DNA of 63,830 nt from an uncultured Bacilli bacterium (GCA_947631035.1 CANRJW010000003.1:1-63830); one strand, 5' to 3'. Positions 27,458 to 38,006 are shown, numbered from the stretch's first letter. Numbers and translations: made by a program. The notes: generated from the sequence alone by a model not told the origin.

Positions 27458-29641
27458 ATGTATATTGATGTACTACTAGAACTTAAAAACAAACAAATGG
27501 ATCAAACATATACATATCATGTTCCAAAATCTTTAGAAAAAGAAATAGAAGTAGGGAAAAGAGTAAAAGTTCCTTTTAATAAACGGGAATTAGAAGGATT
27601 TATTTTAAATTGTAAAAAGACTTATGAAGGGGATTTTGAAATACTAGATATTAAAAGTGTTGTGGATGAAGAAATTGTTTTAAATGAAGAATTGTTGCAA
27701 ATAGGGGAATTTATTAAAAATACGTATCTTTGTAGTTTATCAAGTGCTTATGCAACGATGCTTCCAAAAGCTCTAAAGGCTTCTTTAAAAACCAATATCA
27801 ATAAAAAATATCAAACCAATTTAGTTCTTAATCTTTCTTATAAAGAAGCCTTGTCTTTGTGTACAAGTGATAAACAAAAAGAAATTGTCGATTTAATTGA
27901 AGAGGCTACGCGTCTTGAAAAAAGGGAAGCCCAAGCAATTTCTTCTTCGAGTGTAAATACTTTACTGAAAAAGAAAATTATTTTAGAAGAACAAGAAGAA
28001 GTCTATCGTTATCAAAGTGTAAGTGTATTAGAAGACGAAAAAAAAGTTTTGAATGAAGAACAACAACTCGCAAAGAATCGAATTTTAAAAAGTTTAGATA
28101 AAAATGAACAATTTTTATTGTATGGGGTTACAGGAAGTGGTAAAACGGAAGTCTATATGCAAGTGATTGAAAGTGTTTTAAAAAAGAAAAAAACAGCGAT
28201 TGTGTTGGTTCCGGAAATTAGTTTAACTCCCCAATTTGTGACAAATTTTAAAGCTAGATTTCAAGATCGAGTGGCTCTTTTACATAGTGGTTTATCGGAT
28301 GGAGAACGATATGACGAATGGCGTAAAATTACCAAAGGAGAAGTTGACATTGTAATAGGTGCTCGTAGTGCTATTTTTGCCCCTTTAAAAAATTTGGGTA
28401 TTATTATTATTGATGAAGAACATTCAGAAACTTATAAACAAGAAAATAGTCCAAGGTATAATGCTATTGATGTGGCAGAATATCGTGCCAAATTAAATCA
28501 TATTCCTATTGTTTTAGGAAGTGCGACCCCAACACTTGAACGTATGGCAAAATCGACGAAAAATCTGTATACCAGATTAGAGTTAAAAACTAGAGTCAAT
28601 AAAGGAATGCTTCCCATTGTTACTATGGTGGATATGGGTTTAGAAGCAAAAAAGGGTAACTTTATTTTAAGTGAACGCTTAAAAACGGAAATTGAAAGTG
28701 CTGTAAGTCGTCATGAACAAGTGATTTTGCTTTTGAATCGTCGAGGTTATTCTACAACGATTACTTGTAGTCATTGTGGTTTTACGTATAAATGTCCGAA
28801 TTGTGATATTACTTTAACGTATCATAAAACGAAGAACAACTTAAGATGTCATTATTGTGGTTATACAATTCTAAAGAAAGATAAATGTCCAAAATGTCAA
28901 GTGCCTCTAGATTTTTATGGATATGGCACGGAAAAATTAGAAGATGATATTAAAAAAGAATTTCCGGATTTAAAAGTATTACGTATGGATGCGGATACAA
29001 CGAGAAAGAAAAATAGTTACGAGAATATCATTGATAAGTTTAAAAAACAAGAATATGATATTTTACTAGGAACGCAAATGATTAGTAAGGGACATGATTT
29101 TCCTAAAGTGAGTTTAGTAGGAATCATAAATGCTGATGCTTCTTTGAATATTCCTGATTTTCGAAGTGGAGAACGAACCTTTTCACTTTTATGCCAAGCA
29201 GCAGGTAGAGCAGGAAGGAAAGATACGATTGGCAGTGTCATTATGCAAACTTTTAATCCTGAAAACTTTATATTAAAATGTGTTGAAGAACAAAGTTATG
29301 AAAAGTTTTACAATTATGAAATGAAGATTCGTAAAAAATTAAAGTATCCTCCTTTTTACTATTTAGTAAGTATTAAAGTAGCGAGTCGCGATTATGATTT
29401 ATGTAGTAAAGAAGCTGTCAAGGTTCGGGACTATTTAAAGAATCATTTACAAGAAGAAACAATTATTTTAGGACCAACGACAGCAAGTGTGTTTAAAATG
29501 AATAATGTTTATCGTTTTGGCCTCATTATTAAATATCGCTTTGATGCGAAACTCATGGATACATTAAAAGAATTGGATAAAATGTTTGTTTTTAATCCAA
29601 AAGTGAATTTAGAAATTGATATGCATCCGACAAAAATTTAA
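27458..29641 (+). CDS. priA: Primosomal protein N' (replication restart helicase PriA)
   Basis: Walker A GVTGSGKTE and DEEH box. Cys4 zinc fingers CSHCGF..CPNCD...CHYCGY. The likely start is MYIDVLLEL at 27458. Confidence 0.9.
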   Translation: MYIDVLLELKNKQMDQTYTYHVPKSLEKEIEVGKRVKVPFNKRELEGFILNCKKTYEGDFEILDIKSVVDEEIVLNEELLQIGEFIKNTYLCSLSSAYATMLPKALKASLKTNINKKYQTNLVLNLSYKEALSLCTSDKQKEIVDLIEEATRLEKREAQAISSSSVNTLLKKKIILEEQEEVYRYQSVSVLEDEKKVLNEEQQLAKNRILKSLDKNEQFLLYGVTGSGKTEVYMQVIESVLKKKKTAIVLVPEISLTPQFVTNFKARFQDRVALLHSGLSDGERYDEWRKITKGEVDIVIGARSAIFAPLKNLGIIIIDEEHSETYKQENSPRYNAIDVAEYRAKLNHIPIVLGSATPTLERMAKSTKNLYTRLELKTRVNKGMLPIVTMVDMGLEAKKGNFILSERLKTEIESAVSRHEQVILLLNRRGYSTTITCSHCGFTYKCPNCDITLTYHKTKNNLRCHYCGYTILKKDKCPKCQVPLDFYGYGTEKLEDDIKKEFPDLKVLRMDADTTRKKNSYENIIDKFKKQEYDILLGTQMISKGHDFPKVSLVGIINADASLNIPDFRSGERTFSLLCQAAGRAGRKDTIGSVIMQTFNPENFILKCVEEQSYEKFYNYEMKIRKKLKYPPFYYLVSIKVASRDYDLCSKEAVKVRDYLKNHLQEETIILGPTTASVFKMNNVYRFGLIIKYRFDAKLMDTLKELDKMFVFNPKVNLEIDMHPTKI

Positions 29642-29684
29642 ATTTTTCTTTAAAAAAAGGTATAATAAATTTAGGTGATTAAGA

Positions 29685-30617
29685 ATGAAAAATGTAAGAG
29701 TCGTTTTTATGGGAACTCCCGATTTTGCCGTTCCGGTTTTACAAAAGTTAATGGAAAATACAAATGTTGTTTTAGTCGTTTCACAACCCGATAAAAGTGT
29801 GGGAAGAAAGCAAATACTTACGAAAACACCAGTGAAGATGGAAGCTGAAAAAAAGAATATCCCGGTTTTCCAACCAACAAAAATAAAAGAAGATTATGCC
29901 CCGATTTTAGAGGCAAAACCCGATATTATTATTACTTGTGCATATGGTCAAATTATTCCCAAAGTTTTACTTGATGCGCCAAAATATGGGTGTATTAATG
30001 TTCATGCTTCCTTACTTCCAAAATACCGTGGGGGTGCTCCAATCCATCACGCTTTAATAAATGGCGAAGAAAAAACGGGAATTACCATTATGTATATGGA
30101 TGAGGCGATGGACAGTGGTGATATTATACGTGAAGTTGAATACCCAATAAAAGAAAGTGACAATGTTGGAACTTTACATGATGCGTTATCGATTTTAGGG
30201 GCAAATACTCTTATCGAAACCTTACCAAGTATTTTCAATGGTACTAATGAACGAGTAAAACAAGAGGAAGACAAAGTAACATTTGCTTACAACATTAAAA
30301 GAGAAGACGAGCATCTCGATTTTCATAAAATAGGAGAACAGTTAAAAAATCAAGTGCGTGGTTTAAATCCATGGCCACTAGCAAATCTTTTATTTCAAGG
30401 TGAAGAAATGAAAGTTTTAGAAGTCCATTTTGTTAAAAAAGAAATAGAAGAAGTAGGAATTGTTCAAGAAGTAACCAAAGATACTTTGGGAATTACTTGT
30501 CAAGATGGGATTCTTTATTTAGATAAAATAAAACCATTTGGTAAAAAGGAAATGAATATTAAAGATTACTTAAATGGCATTGATAAAGAAAAAGTAATCG
30601 GAGAAAAAGTGGAATAA
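29685..30617 (+). CDS. fmt: Methionyl-tRNA formyltransferase
   Basis: VVFMGTPDFAVPVL and HASLLPKYRGGAPI motifs. 310 aa. Confidence 0.9.
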   Translation: MKNVRVVFMGTPDFAVPVLQKLMENTNVVLVVSQPDKSVGRKQILTKTPVKMEAEKKNIPVFQPTKIKEDYAPILEAKPDIIITCAYGQIIPKVLLDAPKYGCINVHASLLPKYRGGAPIHHALINGEEKTGITIMYMDEAMDSGDIIREVEYPIKESDNVGTLHDALSILGANTLIETLPSIFNGTNERVKQEEDKVTFAYNIKREDEHLDFHKIGEQLKNQVRGLNPWPLANLLFQGEEMKVLEVHFVKKEIEEVGIVQEVTKDTLGITCQDGILYLDKIKPFGKKEMNIKDYLNGIDKEKVIGEKVE

Positions 30618-30635
30618 TAGAAGAAGGGGAATAGA

Positions 30636-30842
30636 ATGACATCTTTAAATTTAAAGATTCGTGTTGATGCGAAGGATAAAAAGAATTTTGAAAAACAAAA
30701 ATTATCTTCTAAAATTGGAGCAAATACTTTAAAGAAAATCGTTTGTGAAAAATTAAAAGAAGCAGAATTAGAAATGAATAAAACGTCTAAAAGATATTCC
30801 AAAGGGGAAGTTTTAGAAAGTATAAATCATATTATAGATTAA
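30636..30842 (+). CDS. Small Lys-rich protein, possible ribbon-helix-helix (RelB/DinJ-like N-terminus)
   Basis: 68 aa. LNLKIRVDAKDKKNFEK resembles NLNIKVDSHLKKEAEE of the DinJ-like ORF at 37731. RBS gaagggga. Confidence 0.3.
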   Translation: MTSLNLKIRVDAKDKKNFEKQKLSSKIGANTLKKIVCEKLKEAELEMNKTSKRYSKGEVLESINHIID

Positions 30843-30860
30843 AATTTTAGAATAATTATG

Positions 30861-30890
30861 GTTAGAGTTTTTAATGACTCTAACTTTTTT
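30861..30890 (+). terminator. Rho-independent terminator
   Basis: Stem gttagagt/actctaac (8 bp), 8-nt loop, 6 T. Confidence 0.6.
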
Positions 30891-30964
30891 CTTCGAATCA
30901 ATTTTGCCAGTCCCTGTCTAGCGTTTTAGGGATAATTATGATACAATGGTAATGGTGAATTAGA

Positions 30965-31987
30965 TTGAATTCAATTTATGGATATACAAAAGAACAATTA
31001 GAAGACTATTTTTTAAGTAAAGGTGAAAAAAAATTTAAGGCTTTACAAGTTTTTGAATGGCTTTATGTTCATAAAAATAGTGATGTGGATTCATGGAGTA
31101 ATCTAAAAAAGGAGTTAAGAGAGGAAATCAAAAAAGATTTTTCTTTTGAAGTTCCTAAAATTATCAGAGAAGAAAGAGATACTTTAACGAGAAAATATTT
31201 ATTTGAACTTCAAGATGGCGAACATATCGAATCGGTCGTTATGTTCCATGATTATGGCATTAGTATTTGTGTATCTAGTCAAGTAGGGTGCAATATGGGG
31301 TGCGCTTTTTGTGAAAGTGGAAGAAGAAAAAAAGTAAGAAACTTGGAAGCCTACGAACTTGTTACGCAAATTTTAGAAATTGAAAACAATTTAAAGGAAC
31401 GTATATCAAGTGTGGTCATTATGGGAATAGGAGAACCTCTTGATAATTATGACAATGTTCTAAATTTTATTCGTATTATAAACGATGCCAAGGGTCTTGC
31501 GATAGGTATTCGTCATATAACACTTTCTACTAGTGGTTTGGTTCCTAAAATCTATCAATTAATGCAAGAAAAGATTCAAATTAATTTGGCAGTTTCTTTA
31601 CATGCTCCCAATGATGAAATCAGAAATAAAATTATGAAAGTAAACCAAGTGTATAATATTAGTCAACTCATGAGGGCAATCAAAGACTATATTGCAGTAA
31701 CGAGTAGACGAGTTACCATAGAATATGTTATGCTTAAAGAGATAAATGATAGTAAAAAGTGTGCTTTAGAACTGGCAAATCTTTTGCATGGGTTAAACAT
31801 ATATGTGAATTTAATTCCATATAATGAAACCAGTCACATAAACTTTAGTAAAAGTGATGCGAAAACCATTAAAGAATTTGCCAAAGTTTTAAAAGAGCAA
31901 GGAATTAATGTGACCATTCGTAAAGAATTTGGTGGCAAAATTTCTGCAGCTTGTGGACAACTTAGAAGTAAAGAGGTGGAAGAATGA
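30965..31987 (+). CDS. rlmN: 23S rRNA/tRNA m2A methyltransferase RlmN (radical SAM)
   Basis: Radical-SAM cluster motif CNMGCAFC and C-terminal ACGQL. TTG start. Confidence 0.85.
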   Translation: MNSIYGYTKEQLEDYFLSKGEKKFKALQVFEWLYVHKNSDVDSWSNLKKELREEIKKDFSFEVPKIIREERDTLTRKYLFELQDGEHIESVVMFHDYGISICVSSQVGCNMGCAFCESGRRKKVRNLEAYELVTQILEIENNLKERISSVVIMGIGEPLDNYDNVLNFIRIINDAKGLAIGIRHITLSTSGLVPKIYQLMQEKIQINLAVSLHAPNDEIRNKIMKVNQVYNISQLMRAIKDYIAVTSRRVTIEYVMLKEINDSKKCALELANLLHGLNIYVNLIPYNETSHINFSKSDAKTIKEFAKVLKEQGINVTIRKEFGGKISAACGQLRSKEVEE

Positions 31988-32733
31988 AAAGTTTTTATTT
32001 AACGGATGCGGGTCGCGTTCGTAGTCATAACGAAGATAGTGTAACCATTTTAAAAAATAATAACAATGAATACTTATTAATGGTTGCGGATGGAATGGGA
32101 GGACATCGGGCTGGAGAAGTGGCATCAAGTCTTGCTGTTACTCATTTTGGCAAACGTTTTAATAGCATGTCTTCGGTAGGTTCTAAATTAGATGCCGTAA
32201 ATTGGATGAATGATAATGCAAGTGAAGTCAATAATGAAATTATTTCGTATGCTAAAGAAAATCCTGAAGCAACAGGACTAGGAACTACTTTAGTCATGGC
32301 TTTATTAACTAAAGAGTATTTAATATTTGGTAATATTGGGGATTCAACTGGCTATGTTTTAAAAAATGGTCATTTGCATCAAGTAACAAAACCACATTCA
32401 CTTGTCAACCTTTTAGTTGAAACAGGACAATTAACCGAAGAAGAAGCAAAATACCATCCTAAGAAAAATGTGTTAATGAAAGCTTTAGGGGCTATGGAAA
32501 AAGTGGATTTGGATATCTTTGATGTCGATTTATCAAGTGAAGCCATTTTATTATGTAGTGATGGACTTACCAATATGTTAAGTAATGAGCAAATTGAAAA
32601 AGTATTAAATGATCAAGAACTTACCATTGAAGAAAAAGTCATTAAATTAATTCGTAAGTGTAATGTTCGTGGTGGAGAAGATAATGTTTCTATTGCTTAT
32701 TTACAAATTAAAGAAAGTGGTGAAGCAAAATGA
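31984..32733 (+). CDS. prpC: PP2C-family Ser/Thr phosphatase (Stp/PrpC)
   Basis: RSHNEDS, ADGMGGH and CSDGL motifs. ATGA overlap with rlmN. Confidence 0.85.
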   Translation: MKSFYLTDAGRVRSHNEDSVTILKNNNNEYLLMVADGMGGHRAGEVASSLAVTHFGKRFNSMSSVGSKLDAVNWMNDNASEVNNEIISYAKENPEATGLGTTLVMALLTKEYLIFGNIGDSTGYVLKNGHLHQVTKPHSLVNLLVETGQLTEEEAKYHPKKNVLMKALGAMEKVDLDIFDVDLSSEAILLCSDGLTNMLSNEQIEKVLNDQELTIEEKVIKLIRKCNVRGGEDNVSIAYLQIKESGEAK

Positions 32734-34466
32734 TTATGAAGGGGCAAAAGATTAGTGATCGCTATCAAATTATTAAAAGTATTGGAGAAGGTGGAATGGC
32801 GAATGTCTACCTTGCTTATGATACTATTTTAGATCGAAACGTTGCCATTAAAATTTTAAGAGGTGATTTAGCAACGGATGAAAAGTTTGTCCATCGCTTT
32901 CAAAGAGAAGCTCTATCTGCAAGTAGTTTGAACCATCCAAATATTGTGGAAGTCTATGATGTTGGAGAAGATAATGGCAATTACTACATCGTCATGGAAT
33001 ATATTGAAGGCAAACATCTAAAGGAACTTTTGAAAAAAAGAGGCAAATTAACTACCAGTGAAGTGGTAGATATCATGCTTCAAATTACTGATGGTATGAG
33101 TGTTGCGCATGACTCTTATATTATTCACCGTGATATTAAACCACAAAATATTATGATTTTGGAAAATGGCTTAGTAAAAATTACGGATTTTGGTATTGCG
33201 ATGGCAATGAATGCAACGCAACTAACTCAAACCAATTCGGTCATGGGAAGTGTGCATTATCTTCCCCCAGAACAAGCCAATGGCAAAGGTTCTACGTTAC
33301 AAAGCGATATTTATTCGATGGGAATTTTGATGTATGAACTTTTAACGGGAAAGCTTCCTTTTCGTGGAGATAATGCGGTGGAAATTGCTTTAAAACATTT
33401 ACGTGAGCCGATGCCGAACATTAAAGAGGAATTGCCAAGTCTTCCCAATAGCATTTCAAATATTATCCTAAAAGCTACAGCAAAAAATCCTAAAAATCGT
33501 TATAATGATGCTAGAGAAATGCATGAAGATATTAAAACTTGTATGAATGACGAAAGAATGAAAGAAGCAAAAATTGTCTTTAAATATCCAGAAAATAATT
33601 TTGATGATACCAAAGTTACAAAAATGTTAGAAACCAAAAAAGAAAGTGAGAGTGAAGATGCCATAGCAAAGCAAATAACCAAAAATGATTTAAAAAAGCA
33701 AAACAAATTATTACTCATTTTAGCTTCTATTTTTACGGGACTCGTAGTTATTATTACTTCATTTGTTGTTCTTGTTCCTATGATAACCAGTGAAAAAGTG
33801 GTGAATGTCCCTGATGTAACCAATAAAACGGTGCAAGAGGCGATTAAAATATTACAAGATGCTGGATTTAATGTTAGTGATGAACAATTAGAACAATCAA
33901 GTGACGAAATCGAAGAGGGTCGTATTATTAAGACGAGTCCTGAGGTGAATACGAAACGTACCTTAAGTACCATTATTACGCTTTACGTTTCTACTGGAGA
34001 TGCTAGAATTGCGATAGAAGATTATGTTGGTAAAAATTATCGTGAAGTAGAAGGGGCGTTAAAAGCTTTAGGTTTAAATGTGATCACCGAAGCCAAAGAT
34101 GTCGATGATATCGATGAGGTAGAAGAAGGAGAAATCATTGAACAATCTGTTAAAGCGGGAGAAAAACTATCGGTTGGGGATACCATTACTTTGTATTATC
34201 CAAATATTAGTAAATATCCGGATTTTACTGATGGAAGTTATAGTGTGGATGATATTCAAGATTTCTGTGATGACCATGAAGTAAAATTAATTGTTAAAGA
34301 AGTGGTGACTAGTGAATATGAAGATGGAGAAATTATTAGTCAAGATCGAGGAACAACCGCAACGATTCGTAAAGGGGCTACTTTAACGATTAGAGTAGCG
34401 AAAAACGATACAGGTTCCACAACACCAGAATGTGACGAACTTGCTAAAGAATTAGGACAATGTTAA
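32730..34466 (+). CDS. prkC: PASTA-domain Ser/Thr protein kinase (PrkC/PknB)
   Basis: Kinase motifs GEGGMANVY, HRDIKPQN, DFG. A TM segment and three PASTA-like repeats follow. Overlaps prpC. Confidence 0.9.
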   Translation: MIMKGQKISDRYQIIKSIGEGGMANVYLAYDTILDRNVAIKILRGDLATDEKFVHRFQREALSASSLNHPNIVEVYDVGEDNGNYYIVMEYIEGKHLKELLKKRGKLTTSEVVDIMLQITDGMSVAHDSYIIHRDIKPQNIMILENGLVKITDFGIAMAMNATQLTQTNSVMGSVHYLPPEQANGKGSTLQSDIYSMGILMYELLTGKLPFRGDNAVEIALKHLREPMPNIKEELPSLPNSISNIILKATAKNPKNRYNDAREMHEDIKTCMNDERMKEAKIVFKYPENNFDDTKVTKMLETKKESESEDAIAKQITKNDLKKQNKLLLILASIFTGLVVIITSFVVLVPMITSEKVVNVPDVTNKTVQEAIKILQDAGFNVSDEQLEQSSDEIEEGRIIKTSPEVNTKRTLSTIITLYVSTGDARIAIEDYVGKNYREVEGALKALGLNVITEAKDVDDIDEVEEGEIIEQSVKAGEKLSVGDTITLYYPNISKYPDFTDGSYSVDDIQDFCDDHEVKLIVKEVVTSEYEDGEIISQDRGTTATIRKGATLTIRVAKNDTGSTTPECDELAKELGQC

Positions 34467-34469
34467 TTT

Positions 34470-35297
34470 ATGCCAGGTAGAATTGTTAAAATAATTAGTA
34501 ATTTATATACGGTAGAAACAACAGATGGGTTATATGATTGCCAAGCACGAGGAAAATTTCGTAATGAAAAAATTATCCCGTTAGTGGGAGACGATTGTCT
34601 TATTGATGAAAAAAATCATTATATTTTAGAAATTTTACCAAGAAAAAATGAATTAAAAAGACCATCGATTGCCAATATTGATGTTGCTTTAGTAATCATG
34701 AGTGTAAAAGAACCAGATTTATCTTTGAATTTATTGGATAAAATGATTAGTTTTATTAGCATTCAAAAAGTAGCGCCGATTCTTATTTTTACCAAGATGG
34801 ATTTATTATTGAAAGAAGAAAAGAAAGAAATTAAAAAGATAATCAAATATTATCAAAAGATTGGTTATTCGGTTTTTCAAAATACAGAGTACAAAAAAAT
34901 AATGAAACAAATAAAAAATAAGGTTGTAGTTGTAACAGGACAAACTGGAGCAGGGAAAAGTACCTTTATCAATAAAATGAATCCTCATTTAGATTTAAAA
35001 ACCGATGAAATTTCGAAAAGTTTGGGAAGAGGGAAACATACAACTCGCCATGTGGAATTATTTAAAATAAAAAATTTTTATATTGCGGACACCCCTGGTT
35101 TTTCCAGTCTTGATTTTATAGACATTTCCAAAGAACAAATTCGCAATAGTTTTATTGAATTTCAAAATTATTCTTGTCCGTTTAAAGATTGTATGCATGT
35201 GAAAGAAAAAAATTGTGCCATTAAAAAATCGGTGGAAGATGGAAAAATTTTGAGTTCCCGTTATGAAAATTATCTGGATTTTTTAAAGAATAAATAG
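34470..35297 (+). CDS. rsgA: Ribosome small-subunit biogenesis GTPase RsgA
   Basis: Circularly permuted GTPase: TKMDL, GQTGAGKST, DTPGF. Zinc knuckle CPFKDCMHVKEKNC. Confidence 0.85.
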   Translation: MPGRIVKIISNLYTVETTDGLYDCQARGKFRNEKIIPLVGDDCLIDEKNHYILEILPRKNELKRPSIANIDVALVIMSVKEPDLSLNLLDKMISFISIQKVAPILIFTKMDLLLKEEKKEIKKIIKYYQKIGYSVFQNTEYKKIMKQIKNKVVVVTGQTGAGKSTFINKMNPHLDLKTDEISKSLGRGKHTTRHVELFKIKNFYIADTPGFSSLDFIDISKEQIRNSFIEFQNYSCPFKDCMHVKEKNCAIKKSVEDGKILSSRYENYLDFLKNK

Positions 35298-35307
35298 GAG
35301 GATTTTT

Positions 35308-35946
35308 ATGCAAATATCCGTATCTTTTTTAAGTAGTGCTTATCCTTTTGATAAGACCATCGAAAAAATAAATGACTCAATGGCCAATTTTATTCATGTG
35401 GATGTTATGGATGGAGTATTCGTAAATCATGTAACTCCTTTTACGAAGGAAATGCTCACTCTTTTAAAAAATAGTCCAAAGCCAAAAGAAGTTCATTTAA
35501 TGACTTTACATTTAAAAAAATATATTGATTTATTTGCAAACCTAAATCCTGAGTGTATTATTTATGAATTTGAAGCCACGGAAAAACATGAAAAAGTCAT
35601 TGAGTACATTCGAAATAAAAAAAGTAAAGTGGGAATTGCTATAGGTCCCTTAACCGATTTAAAAAGATTGCTTCCTTATTTAAAAAAGATTGATTTGGTT
35701 TTAGTCATGGGGGTTATTCCCGGAAGTGGAGGACAGTCCTTTTTAAAAGAAACCATTGGCAGAATCGAAGAATTACAAAAAATAAAAAAAGAACAAAAGC
35801 TTTCCTTTTTAATAAGTGTGGATGGTGGGATTAACGAGCAAACGATAAAAGATATTCGTGATAAAGGACTAAATCGGGCAGTTTCCGGTTCTTATATTTG
35901 CAAAAGTGTTTCTTTTGACGAACAAATAAAAAAATTACAGTATTAG
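35308..35946 (+). CDS. rpe: Ribulose-phosphate 3-epimerase (divergent)
   Basis: ISVSFLS...FIHVDVMDG.FV pattern. 212 aa. It follows rsgA as in the Bacillus ylo cluster. Confidence 0.65.
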   Translation: MQISVSFLSSAYPFDKTIEKINDSMANFIHVDVMDGVFVNHVTPFTKEMLTLLKNSPKPKEVHLMTLHLKKYIDLFANLNPECIIYEFEATEKHEKVIEYIRNKKSKVGIAIGPLTDLKRLLPYLKKIDLVLVMGVIPGSGGQSFLKETIGRIEELQKIKKEQKLSFLISVDGGINEQTIKDIRDKGLNRAVSGSYICKSVSFDEQIKKLQY

Positions 35947-35987
35947 AAAAATGAAAGTTTTCTTTATTTCGTGGTATACTAAAAGAA

Positions 35988-36572
35988 GTGATGGATATGA
36001 TGAACTTTATTGATACTTGGATAAATGATTTTTTATTGAATATTGGAATTTATGGTCCACTTGTAGGGTGCTTTTGCATCTTAATTGAATCCATTGTTCC
36101 CATACTTCCTTTATTTGTGTTTATTACCATTAATTTTTTAGTTTTTGGTTCTTTTTTTGGTTTTTGCATTTCTTGGGTTTTTACTGTCCTCGGTTGCTTG
36201 CTTTCTTTCTTTTTATTTCGTAAGAAAATAAGAAATTGGTTGGAAAATAAAATGAAAGAGAATAAAAAATTTCAAAAAGTCATGGCTTTTATTGAAAAAG
36301 TAAAATTTGAACAACTAACCGCGATTATTGCAGTTCCTTTTACACCAGCCTTTATGGTTAACATTGCTTCTGGTATTTCCAATATGCCAACGAAAAAATT
36401 TTTCTGGGCTTTATTCATTGGAAAAATATTCTTAGTTTTGTTTTGGGGATTTGTTGGAACGAGTTTGGTTCAAAGTTTAACTCATCCTATGGCTTTAGTA
36501 AAAGTTGTTCTTCTGGTTTTACTAGCATTTATCATAAGTAAAATCATAAATAAAAAATTTGCATTGGATTAG
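35988..36572 (+). CDS. TVP38/TMEM64 (DedA-related) family membrane protein
   Basis: Polytopic, 194 aa. YGPLVGCFCILIESIVPILP is typical of SNARE-associated / TVP38 proteins. Confidence 0.55.
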   Translation: MMDMMNFIDTWINDFLLNIGIYGPLVGCFCILIESIVPILPLFVFITINFLVFGSFFGFCISWVFTVLGCLLSFFLFRKKIRNWLENKMKENKKFQKVMAFIEKVKFEQLTAIIAVPFTPAFMVNIASGISNMPTKKFFWALFIGKIFLVLFWGFVGTSLVQSLTHPMALVKVVLLVLLAFIISKIINKKFALD

Positions 36573-36583
36573 TGAGGTATTTT

Positions 36584-37660
36584 ATGGAGTATGTTATTTT
36601 AGGTTTATTAATCTTTGTTATTTTGTTGTTGGTTATTCTTTTAGTGAAAGGTCATGATAATAGTGATATCACCGAAAAGTTAGGAAGATTTGAAACCAAT
36701 ATCACCAAAGAAATTGGGGAATTTAAGTTGGGATTTACGAATGACTTGCGTAAGGATTTTGATACTTTTAATGAACAGATTCAAAAAAGAATTGATTATT
36801 TAAATGAACGTGTCAATGAAAGATTAGAGGAAAATTTTCAAAAATCCAATAAGACGTTTACAAATATTTTAGAACGCTTAACAAAAATTGATGAAGCACA
36901 AAAGAAAATAGATGGTTTGTCCACGGAAATTGTTTCTTTACAAAGTGTTTTGACTGATAAAAAAACACGTGGTATTTTTGGAGAAGTTAACTTAAACTAT
37001 ATTTTATCAAGTGTTTTTGGGGAAAATGCCACCGGAATTTATGAAGTGCAACATAAATTAAGCAATGGTTATATCGCCGATGCTATTCTTTATGCACCAA
37101 ATCCTTTAGGAACCATTTGTATCGATTCTAAATTTCCTTTAGAAAATTATCAAAGAATGACAGATAAAACTCGTACTAAAGAAGAAAGAGAACTCGCTGA
37201 AAAACAATTTAAAAAAGATGTTCACAATCATATTGAAGCCATTAGTTCTAAATACATTGTTCCTGGAGAAACGGCCCAAGAAGCAATTCTTTTCTTACCA
37301 GCAGAAGCCATTTTTGCTGAAATTAATGCTTATCATTCTGATTTAATAAAGGAAGCTTATAATAAAAAGGTGTGGATTACGAGTCCAACGACTTTAATGA
37401 GTACCTTAACAACAATTAGTATGATTTTAAAAAATATTGAAAGGGATAAATATGCTAAAGTGATTCATGAGGAATTAAATAAATTGAGTCATGAGTTTGC
37501 TTTGTATAAAGAACGTTGGGATAAATTATCTAGAAGTATTGATACGGTAACCAAAGATGTAAAAGATATTAATATCACCACAGAAAAAATTACCAAACGA
37601 TTTAATTCTATTAATAATGTAAATGTAGAGGAACTAGAAAATAAAGAAGATAGAACATAA
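36584..37660 (+). CDS. rmuC: DNA recombination protein RmuC
   Basis: N-terminal TM and coiled coil. YIADAILYAPNPLGTICIDSKFPLENY nuclease-like core. ATG at 36584 after gtgagg; the ORF track begins at 36572. Confidence 0.75.
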   Translation: MEYVILGLLIFVILLLVILLVKGHDNSDITEKLGRFETNITKEIGEFKLGFTNDLRKDFDTFNEQIQKRIDYLNERVNERLEENFQKSNKTFTNILERLTKIDEAQKKIDGLSTEIVSLQSVLTDKKTRGIFGEVNLNYILSSVFGENATGIYEVQHKLSNGYIADAILYAPNPLGTICIDSKFPLENYQRMTDKTRTKEERELAEKQFKKDVHNHIEAISSKYIVPGETAQEAILFLPAEAIFAEINAYHSDLIKEAYNKKVWITSPTTLMSTLTTISMILKNIERDKYAKVIHEELNKLSHEFALYKERWDKLSRSIDTVTKDVKDINITTEKITKRFNSINNVNVEELENKEDRT

Positions 37661-37730
37661 ACTTGTCATTAAATTTATTGATGTTAAAGAAATATCGTTG
37701 TATGATAATAAATGAAATAAGGGGGTAAAT

Positions 37731-38006
37731 ATGGCGTTTAGAAATTTAAACATTAAAGTTGATAGCCACTTAAAAAAAGAGGCAGAAGAATTATTTAAAA
37801 GACTGGGCCTTAATATGACTAGTGCTATTAATGTTTTTTTAACTCAAAGCGTTAAAGAACAAGCTATTCCATTTGAGATTAGCGATAAAAAAAATAGTAA
37901 AAAATTATTAAAATCATTAAAAGAAGCCGAAAAAATGTCACAACATCCTGAAAAATATAAATGGTATACTGATACAAAAACATTATTTGAAAATTTGGAT
38001 AAATAG
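37731..38006 (+). CDS. RelB/DinJ-family antitoxin-like protein, no adjacent toxin gene
   Basis: NLNIKVDSHLKKEAEELFKRLGLNMTSAINVFLTQSVKEQAIPFEI matches the DinJ/RelB RHH domain. Confidence 0.65.
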   Translation: MAFRNLNIKVDSHLKKEAEELFKRLGLNMTSAINVFLTQSVKEQAIPFEISDKKNSKKLLKSLKEAEKMSQHPEKYKWYTDTKTLFENLDK

